Assembly (NCBI GenBank): GCA_965285935.1
Contig: OZ260664.1
Location: 45,756,001 to 45,820,000 of the forward strand
From: Ophelia neglecta
Taxonomy: Eukaryota
Length of the DNA stretch: 64,000 nucleotides
Reading direction: 5' to 3'
Below the pieces are notes generated by a model that was not told the DNA's origin, made no database searches, and worked only from the letters and a program-made list of their open reading frames with translations. Every line of letters starts with the position of its first letter. Position 1 is the first letter of the stretch. A program made the translations under genes and the position numbers. Shown one piece after another: positions 28,086 to 44,300 of this stretch.

Positions 28086-29086
28086 TGTGTTGGTAAAAAA
28101 AATAAAAGGTAAATTAAAATGTTGCCAAAATCAAAAATTATTGAGTGCTCAGAAATTACCCCATTGGTATTAAAAAGTTTTTGGAATAATATTTTATAAA
28201 AACCCATCTTTGTGGCAGAAAAAATAAGGGGTGGCGAATAAGTATGGCCTGGGTGATATATATCAAGAACACAGAGTGCAGACAGGTTTTGGTGTTTCCG
28301 TCTACATCATACAATTAGCAGTGCCTCATTGGCTGATTTAGAGACATAAGCCATTAGTATCATTGTACGTTAAGCTATTTTTTTAAATGCACATGGATAT
28401 AATGTCAGTACACATCATAAAAGCATTTTCTGTCACATAAATATTGTAGGCTTATGAGTAATGAGAATGAGTAGTACATGTGTATGAACAAATAGGAAGC
28501 CATTATTGTAATTAGCTTTGCATACTAAAGTAACCTTGAATTCTTGAATGATCATTTACCAAAATTGATCCCATGCATGGAGAGTATAAGTCTTCTTTGG
28601 GGCATGTTTGCAGGTGCTGCAAAACCTGACATTACCACAAAATGCACTATTACCAATCTGAACTTCTACAAGGTTTAACTGAAATGCTCATTATTTAGCG
28701 AGGCTGGCACCTCAAGAAATTAATAAAATAGTTAATTCTTCTTTTGTAAACCTATAAAACTAGGTTACAAATATTCTGATAAATTCTGGTGTATAAGGGA
28801 AAGTTGCAGTTTTACATACAGTAATGTTTTGTCCTAAAACTTATCTTAAAACTGTGTTTTCATGGTAGAATGGGCTTAAACAGCATCTGTCAATGCAGAC
28901 ATATTGGTTTGATGTAGACTCTGTTTGTGGTTATGTGTTTCAATATTTATCTCAGCCAATAAAGGCAAAAGATTGATAATAAAAATGAAATCTCTGTCAT
29001 TTTGTCATAAATCCTTTGTAAACATTACAATTTGATATGATGATTTTGATACAAGCTTCTATAACTGTATTTTCTTGATGTTTCAG

Positions 29087-35010
<5,924 letters not shown>

Positions 35011-35575
35011 GTGTAAGTAGTATGAGGATATCTTCTCCAGTTGTTTTTCAAAGAAACAAAATAAGCAAATCCAAATAATGATTATTTTTATTTGGAACAA
35101 TAATACAGCTTATTATTTATTGGCATTAAATCATGCTGCTAATGAAGGAATTAACTTGTTTCGTGTTATTCCTTTTTTTTATGTATACATGTATGTTCAT
35201 AGTAAATGCATGGTCATAGTCAAACTGTCAAATCATTAATAAGTTTACTTACTGTGTTCATTTGACTTCATGTTAAACATTGTATGTGATCATACAATCA
35301 TAGGTTTGGCTGCTCATTAAATAACAATAATTCCAGATGAAAATGACGAAAATGTACTGAAATTGAAACTGAATTTAAATAACTTGTATAACAAATACAG
35401 CTATACTTACATGTTAGATGTACCCTTATTGGAGAAACTGTTTATTTGATGCATAGATATAACTTGACCATGTCAATTAACTTAAAATACATCTAACATG
35501 TCTTAATGATATGGTGATATCAGATGTGATATGTACAATAGTCAGTCTGTGAACTACTAGCTTTATCACCTACGT

Positions 35576-35612
35576 AATAAACGTTATCAGTGTAAACATC
35601 TGTGTTTGTGTT
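35576..35612 (+). terminator. YIPF5: Probable YIPF5 polyadenylation signal
   Basis: AATAAA at 35576-35581 followed about 20 nt later by GT-rich TGTGTTTGTGTT, ~570 nt after the stop. Confidence 0.55.
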
Positions 35613-36372
35613 CATTATACTATATTATAACCTGGCCTGGGTCTTGTTTTTATATGTTTATATAGAACAGCGCTGGGAGTGATCACATGTATTGCATTCC
35701 CACAAAATGGTATTTAACTTTCAATTACTGATTTTGTCCTTACCAATTACTATTGTGTAGGGACAAAATATATCCACAACATAATACAATTTTAACACTT
35801 GTAGCACTTTTATCACATGTAGTCTAAGCCTAATAAAATGTCTTCTGCATATTGATTTGAGAGGATTTCCTCTCCATTTGGCATTTCATTCCAGAAATGT
35901 CAGGGTTTGTTTTTAATTTTAAGTCTCATAATTCGAGTCATATAATGAAGAGCGGTGCCGAGAGGAGGTATTCCTGTCTGACACCACATTTCCAAAGATT
36001 ATGTATAAACTAAAGTTTATAAGCTTATATATAATAAATTTCTTGTCGATAGTGTCAAACACTTTTGAAAAATCTTAAGTCTGAAGTGTTCCATTTTAAG
36101 ATTATTGCCGGTTTATACCATAAAATATCTTTGACCAATAGAGAATTGTTTGCCATAAGCCTTCCATTTGGAAATAAAATCTGAATATTGAAGTATAAAA
36201 ACGTGGACCAACTTAATATCTGTTTCATTATTCGTAAACAGAACTGTATATTAAAACGTGATCTGTTTTACTATTGAAAAAATCTAAATAGTGATGTCAA
36301 ATGGGAGCCAACTTCATGTTGCTCTCTAACAGCAACAATGAAATTGATAACAAAAAATTGAAATCTGCGAGT

Positions 36373-36378
36373 TTTATT
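36373..36378 (-). terminator. YIPF6: Possible YIPF6 polyadenylation signal
   Basis: AATAAA on the minus strand ~530 nt after the stop, followed by T/GT-rich sequence on that strand. Confidence 0.4.
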
Positions 36379-36909
36379 TGACTCTCTTTACAGTTATTGG
36401 ACAATTGATAATACTATATACACAGAAACTATACGAGCCATATATACTCCTCAAACAGTAAACAAGGAATACTATTATTTAATCAAAATGATAATTATAG
36501 TATGAATAAGACATGGAGTCCACTGCTAAAAAATATCTGTCAAATAAATAATAATGTTTGAAATGAATATGTGTATTAGACATTCTTTAATGATAAATAA
36601 AAAAAATGTGGACTTTTGCAAAATATTAATTTTCTTCATCAATTGTTTTTCAGATCCCCATGTACATATATGTTGCTTTTAAAATAATATACAGCAGATC
36701 TTTACATTAAAATTGGATAGTTGTATTTTACAATATGTCCAGAATGAAGAAGTACATGTAACCAAAAAGTACCTTCGTTTATATACAAACCAACCAGAAT
36801 ATATACAATCAGGGATTTTACAAATACACCTAATATTGAACTGTATGCCACAAATATACACACTCTGGTTATATTATACACAGTCTCTAGGTGAGCGAAA
36901 AATAATCCA

Positions 36910-39900
36910 TTATGAGTGATGTGTATGTGAAATGACCAGCCAGCTAATAATGAAGTAAAATAAGAATATGGGGTAGACTGCGAGGGCCTTTTTTCTAGGG
37001 GGCTGGCTCTCTGCTAGGAATGCTGTGGAAGCTGAAAAACAAAGAAATTAATATTAGTTTTTTATTTTATTGAAATTACTTAATATAAAATAACAACATC
37101 CCCAAACTTGTGATGACCATGGCAACTACGGAGTTTGAGCGTTACCCATTACATGTATGGTACACTATTAAATCAATTTAATTTGGCATACAATGTATAT
37201 TCTGGTAAATTTTTAAATTAGGAGGCCATGAGCAATGTCAATTGTTTATTCTTTCTGCCTTTAGTTTGTAATTTTGACTGGAAACTATAACAAATGTGTT
37301 TCTTTTAGGTTAAAGTACCTGAAAGCCCTATACATGTTGTTATAATATCGCAAATATTACAATTATCTAAATTTGCAACTTTATAACTAAAGGGTTTAAT
37401 AGGTACCTTAAGAAGCCATAAATGATCAAAAGAATTTTAGTTCTTACCAAAGGTAGACCAACCAAATGCAAGTAGTACAACAATGCAGCGGATAACAAAG
37501 AGCAGCGTTGTCTGGTGGTCGGCGATCAGGATCAGACGACATATTACTAAGGCTAAGGCAAGGGGCAACACACAGTAACCTAATACACAGATACTCTGGA
37601 AAAATGATCTGAAATATACAAGAGTGAATCTGACGCAAATATCAATTACCATCACAAACATGTACATGAAAGGCAACAAACATGTAACAGTATACATGTA
37701 CATGTATGTAGTTAAGTTATTAAACACATACTTCTAACAATAAGGTATTCCAAGCAAAACTGGGAGATTTCTAAATTCTGGGCTCAAGATGTAAAAAAAA
37801 TAATAATAATTGACCTTCCAAGGTGAAGTATTTATTGGTGTTACACTACAATAAAACTGTAAAGCCCTACTCCCTGGTCACTATAGGGTCACAGTAAATC
37901 ACAAATGGGTTTGGATTTCAGCAATAACAGGGTTAAGTAACTTGCATTTATATTTTATTTACTATTAACTTACATAGATCCACCTAGAAGTTTGATATTC
38001 AGGGTGACGATGGCAGCACCAACCCAGTATATAACAAAAACTTCAGCAAACTGAGGCCCACCATCGTTTAAATTGTCCGCCTGCTTAGTTGAGCCTTGTA
38101 ACATCCTGAAAATGGGTTTCTATTTGTTATATTACCGGTAGGCACAAAGTTGCAAAGTATTGGTATTTTACTCAGCTTTTAAATTATGTGTAAATGGTTC
38201 TTGCTTATTACGGCAAAAGTTACTGCAGTAGTATGTCATTAGAAATGCCACAATAAGAAGATGAAGAGTAACTTACATAGCGATGAACACACACAGGAAA
38301 AGTGGGCCCCATAAATCCCCTGAAATAAGGATCTCATATCATTATTTGTATGCATTATATTTATTGCCCCCCAAGCTCAAAAAAATGTGTGGATATATAT
38401 TGGGGTCTGTACTCTGCTGCTGCTGCCATTTCTTTTGGTACTTGCTTAGTAACCATTTAATTTATAGGGATAGATCAATCCATCACAGTACCTATTCAAT
38501 TTCTGATACAACAATTTGGTGTAAAAAATTGTTAACATAAATACATATAACAAATATAAATATAAATACACACATGCTTCTATGAACATCAATGTAATTG
38601 CTAGAATATGTGAATATGTGTTAAAAATGAAATGTACATAACTTTGAGGATATCATAGATATAGGGAATAAGGAGAAAAATAAGTGGCATTTCTATCTAA
38701 TATTTCCTGTCAGAAAATATCAAAGGTTCTTACATTCTCGGAGCAAGGTTTTACTCTCTTTTGGATACATGACATGAAGAAACTTCTTTCCCACTGCTCT
38801 AGCATCTCTCATCTACATAAATAGATCAAACATGTGTTACCAAACTGCAATGTTCTGCAAACATTCAAACTACATGTATTGTATTCTGCTGGCAAGACAT
38901 TTTTGCCACAGCTTGCCATTCTATTGTATTGGGTTGATTTTTGAGACAAAAATGCTTAACATACTGGATCAATTCACATAAATCAATGTTGCCCCATGGG
39001 CAGAAATTTGGGAACACATTGTATAATAGATATATTTGAAATCAAATACAGTAGCCACATATCCAAATATCATTCAGTAGGCTTACTATAGTGTCTTTGA
39101 CAGGCTCGTCAAGTGTATTGAATTCTTGATCATCTTCGTCGTCTGTGGGGGCCCCAGGTACTGTTATATCGCCCTCTAGTGGCACCTCATTTAAGGCTGT
39201 TGTGTGCTGTTAATATGAATATAAAATTGCGTATTGGTAATTCAAAATATCATATTAGGTTGTATGAAGTCTTCTATTTTATTACTTCCAGAGCTAGTCC
39301 TGAGTGAGTGTGAAGCCGTTATGGATTAAACAACACAAAGCTTATTAGCCTATCAGTCACAAAAAATGTATATGACATATAAAGCATATAAAATGTAGTT
39401 GAATTATGTGACAACTATTGAGGAAAGCTAGTTAGAAGCTCATGCACTTTCATGGAGTTATATCAGCACAGGCAAATTCAGTGAATCCAAGCATGTGTTA
39501 AAAAATCAAATGTGCAAATATAAAACCAGAAGCATTAGCATGGGGTTACTGGTACTCATAGCCATAGAAACCAACATATTTGTAAAGTTTGTACAAATTA
39601 ACATGTACAGTAAGTGATCAGCTGAATAATCATTTATATAAACTGTTGTTTATGATAAATATAATATTCTTCATTTAATTTATTTCACTTTTGTCAGAAG
39701 AAAATATTTCATGTCACTGATAGCATTTTAGATATTTTCTTTTATTTTAAGATTCAACACTTTATTCAACTCAGTGCACATGCAAGGAAATAATATAGTA
39801 ACAATGACATGCAATGCAAAAAAAACCCCACTAGTGTGCCTAATCTAATGAAAGAAACATTGTCTACCAAAACACATTTAACTCACTCCTGTTTTATTAA

Positions 39901-40966
39901 GAAGATCTGATGCATCCAATAATGTTTCATCTCCGTCAGAATCGCTTTGAAGCGTCGCTAACAGTCTCTAGAAATCATGAAAACCCAGAGGATGATAAAC
40001 AGTGTATTCATTGTCTGACCAGAAGTCTACAAAATCAGTATCCTAACATTCCTAATATTGTCAAAACAAAGAAAAAATCCCTTCTGATACAAATCATAAA
40101 TATGACATTGGTATTGATACACAGTCACACAATATTGTCGATATGATATTACCCTATAAAACCATTTAAAATGATAAAAAATTCAAGGTGATCTGATGCA
40201 TGTTTTTCGGACAGGTTTATAGCTTTTTACCTGCTGTCAGAAAACCCTGTGTAGGGATATAACGCATTATATGGACGGTAATAGATGTTTTCTGTGTAGC
40301 ATCTGGAGTTTACTGGGTGAAACTCTTAAAAACCAGGATTGTGTGTGAGTAGTAAATCTTTTGGTTACTGTGAGAAATCTTAAGTTTTTTCAATTATATG
40401 CAAAACTGGTATAACCGGGAGAAAACAGGTACGAATCGGGAGATTTTTTTTTTAATGGGAGATAATTAAAAAACTCCGGTGACCACATCTGAATGGTTTC
40501 ATTTGAATACTGCATTTACTGTTTGAAATTCCAGCAGGGTGTGGATTAAAGCCCAACATACATTTCTGATAGAGTCAAGCTTTAATAATAGGAACCATAA
40601 TGATAAATTTCCTTATTTTATTAAGGTATTCTGACTCGTCAGTACTATAGGGACAGCGATTGACTCGGGGGGGGAGGGGGGGGGAGGGGGGGGGGGTGAC
40701 ATTATCAGAAGAAACCTATCAGATTATGCAGAACTTCAGACGGGGCAATTACATGGATTACCGCATCCGCTTAATTACAGGGGAATGATTTTGTTGCTTG
40801 GAATTAAAAATCTCCCTGATATTTTTGCTATTTATGTATCCCATACTTTGACACAGTATATTCAGTTATGGAAAATATCAATTATTTTGAATTTGGCCAT
40901 TTATATATATTACAATAACGTTATATTTGACTAACAAACCTGCTTGTCTTCTTCCACGTCAGCCAT
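36910..40966 (-). CDS. YIPF6: YIP1 family member 6, complete, 227 aa; exons 40966-40940, 39206-39087, 38812-38734, 38319-38277, 38105-37974, 37608-37448, 37031-36910
   Basis: Seven GT-AG exons with matching phases (684 nt): MADVEEDKQ|...EFNTLDEPVKDTI|MRDARAVGKKFLHVMYP...LLRE|WDLWGPLFLC...|...DGGPQFAEVFVIYWVGAAIVTLNIKLLGGSI|SFFQSICVLGYCVLP...|ASTAFLAESQPPRKKALAVYPIFLFYFIISWLV...*. TLDEPV, WDLWGP, GGPQFAEVF and SQPP.RKALAVYP are YIPF6 motifs. The 27-nt exon 1 is the least certain. Confidence 0.95.
38361..38530 (+). mobile_element. Non-autonomous Helentron/HINE-like fragment in YIPF6 intron 3
   Basis: TTATTGCCCCCC...A run...TTGGGG, then (CTG)n GCCATTTT. Boundaries approximate. Confidence 0.35.
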
Positions 40967-41385
40967 GACAGTTGTGTTTTGGGTCCAAAGTGGTGTACTA
41001 CATCAAAAGATGCCCTTAGACTTTTCCATATTTCCCCTGAATGTCTTAGGGAAGAAGATGCTTCATACTAAAATTACTTTGTAAAAAGTATTCTATGTTG
41101 AAAATGTTGTAAATTGTATTCGTTGGATATTTCAGCGATGGATAGGTACTTATAGTCAGTATATTACTTTTTCAATGCCTTTATTTTGCCTGCTAAACCT
41201 GGATAAAGAGCATTGCTGGACATTTTGCCGGAAACATGTGTAGCGCGTGTATTCGCTGTCGTTCGTCTGGTGTCAGTGCCCTCCTGTCAGTAGATTCATA
41301 GTAGTGATTGTTTCCCGTTGTGAAAGGAAATTTGTATGACAGTCGAAAAGGCAATACATTGGATCATTAATTATTTATCTCCATT
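40967..41385. promoter_or_regulatory. Bidirectional promoter region shared by YIPF6 (-) and CCDC134 (+)
   Basis: Start codons are 419 bp apart head-to-head; CpG is locally retained at about 41228-41270; ETS-like CCGGAA at 41228-41233. TSS positions are unknown. Confidence 0.7.
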
Positions 41386-44300
41386 ATGAACTTGAACGGT
41401 TTTGTATTTATGTCGCTGTGCAGCTTGTCACTGCTGGTACAATTAGGCTGTACTGCTCCGGATGGAAAGGAACAACTTGGCACACATCATGATGAGAATG
41501 AAAAGGCTGCGTTTGAAATGTGTATCCTTCGTATATATAAGGCTCAACAGTTTTAGTTCGAAAAATAAAATGATGAAGATAGAAAATTTGTTGTGGACTG
41601 ATGAATAGCAATGTCCAAACAGCAACTGGGTGTACTAACTGTATATATATATGACTTACTTATTAATCAGTTAATCTTAAATGGGAAGCCGGGGGGGGGG
41701 GGAGGGGGCGGTAGGTCCTGGGGTCTATTTCATTTGGGGAACCGCCGGAGAGGTTGCAAATAGAATAGGTTCGGGGAGCCTTCATTTATCGCTCAGAAAT
41801 TGTTTCAGAAATGAATCGTCGGAAATTAGAATAAAAGCTATCTTCAGGAATAAATTTGCATTTGCTATTTTATATACTCCTTGATTAATGAAAGTAATTT
41901 TCCACATAAAATTTCAATCTTAACGTCATGTCTAAAATTCGAAGCTCAAATATCGGCGGTTATCATTTCACTATATAGCTGGATAATGGTGTCTTTTGGG
42001 TAAACTCTCCGGATAGACCCACCTGTCCAGACGGAGCGCCCGGACTGATCCGGAGAGCTCTCCGCCTGTATTCTATTTACTGCGGACTGATCCGGAGAGC
42101 TCTCCGGAATAAATAGAATGACATTTTTCCTCTCCGGATGCGTCTGGATTGATTCGGAGAGCAAATGGTTTAGGCCCTTAAAAAGATGCATGTATGATGC
42201 AAATCAATACCAAAGCTGGCTATTACCGCGACCCTCCCCCCCCCCTTCCCCCTTAGGGATATTTCGACTTTTAAAATAAATACAAGCGATGCAATACAGA
42301 AATTATGGTAGTTCACATTTATTATTTTAGGGTTCCAATGTATAAGATTTGCACTACTTAATTAGATTAAGTTTATTTAGGGCAAAAATGTAGTTGGCCT
42401 ATAAATCCCAGAAATGTTTCACTAATCACTTTTTATAGAAATTTACACACTTAACCAAATAAATATAGACAAAAAACTATTGAAGCACAAACGAGCTGCA
42501 CATCAAGAAGCAGTGAAGTCTATGATGCAAATACAAAAGCATGAAAAGCTGTATCAGATGGTGAACATTATTCTAGAGAAAATATTCAAGGTAAGTAGGC
42601 CTACCTGTTTAAAATTACGGTATAAACTCAACCATGTGTCATGTTTGCACCATACCGGTAGTTTGCTCCGCAGAGCGAAGATTGTGTTTCTCTGTCATGT
42701 ATGTCTGTGCATGGCTGTGCATGGGCTAATTGAAAAACTCATAAACCATTTTATGGCAATGTTCATCCTATTTGACCTTTGATGCAACAGTGACTGATTT
42801 TCTTGTTAACTGTATGTCAGTGACAGTTAGAAAAAAAGGATATAAATTTCAGACCAACTATTTCAAAGTGGTTTGAGTTATCTAGGATGTTTTGTTGACC
42901 TCGCCGGGGACATAGAAATCCCTACGATTAGGTACATATTTCAGAATCATCAAAATAAATGATAATAAGATATCACATAACATAGCAAAATTAAGTAAGT
43001 TTTTTTTTATTTCTATTATGAATACTCTAGTGCACACAGTGTTTTTATCTCAATATATTATATTCTCTTGTGTTTTCTACTTTATAACATATATGGCATG
43101 GAAACTTACGTTCAGTGCATATAGGGGCATATTTTGTTCCCAGGAAACAGACTTTTTATATATTAGAGATATTTAGCATCAGGCATGTGTATTAATCTTG
43201 TATACTACTTACACCTTGAGTTTGAGGGGAACGTGGAAACAAAGAAACACCCCATTTAAATACATTAAAAGGCATGGTATGCCCTGTTACCCCAGGGAAA
43301 CCATACTACTTATTGTCCTGCTGGTAGAAATCTGTAGGAAACATAGAAACAAAGAAACACCCTAGTTAAATATATTAAAAGCCATGTCATGATTTGTTAA
43401 CAGGGCAACATTGTTCATTCTAATGGAAAATTCTTTGGGAACATAATAACATGGTAACTTTCCATGAAAATACATAGAGACACAATGTTTCCATAGAGAA
43501 ACAATGTGTGGTAGTGTGGAATATTGCTGGGAACATGGAAATAAGGGAACTTTGTATACAAATGCATTGAGAAGCAAAGTTACCTAGTATATAGATGGGA
43601 ACATTGTATGCTAGAGTGGAATATTGTGGTGAATGTGGAAACATGGTAATTTTCTATGTTTTAACATTGGAAGTATTGTGTTTTGGTTATTATATTATAA
43701 ACGAGTGCAGATTTTCGTCCAAATAAGTAGCAAGTCTCGTATACCAGCGCGATGTTTACTTCATTTTCTTGGGTTAATATTGAAAAAAGAATATGAATGA
43801 CGCCTTTGATGCCTACCACTGTGATGGGTAAGTGATGATTTTTCCTAATCACACAATGATGTGTTTAGTTTACAATCGTATGATGCACACATGTAAACTA
43901 GATAGAATACAGAAAACTTCATTCTAGCTAAAACTTTATTACTTTTAAACGGAAGAGAACGCCAAATGTCCTGGAGTGAGGGAGTTGAAGAAACTTTTAA
44001 GACCATGAACAAAATTACTGAGGGATAAAATATAGATATATTCATGTCTGTATATATTATTTATTATTGGCTAATACCAGTGTGACTAGTTGAGAAAAGC
44101 ATATTATGAATGATTGTTAAAATTTAAACAACCACTATAACTGCTGAGTTATGGTTTGTTATGTTGATGAGATGCCTAAGAATAAAGTTTAAACTAGAAT
44201 GATTCACCTTTTTACCTTGTTTCCATGTTTCCAGCACAATTGCATACCACCACACATCGTTTCCCTTGCGTAACAGAGCTTCTCAATGTAGATAAAAATA

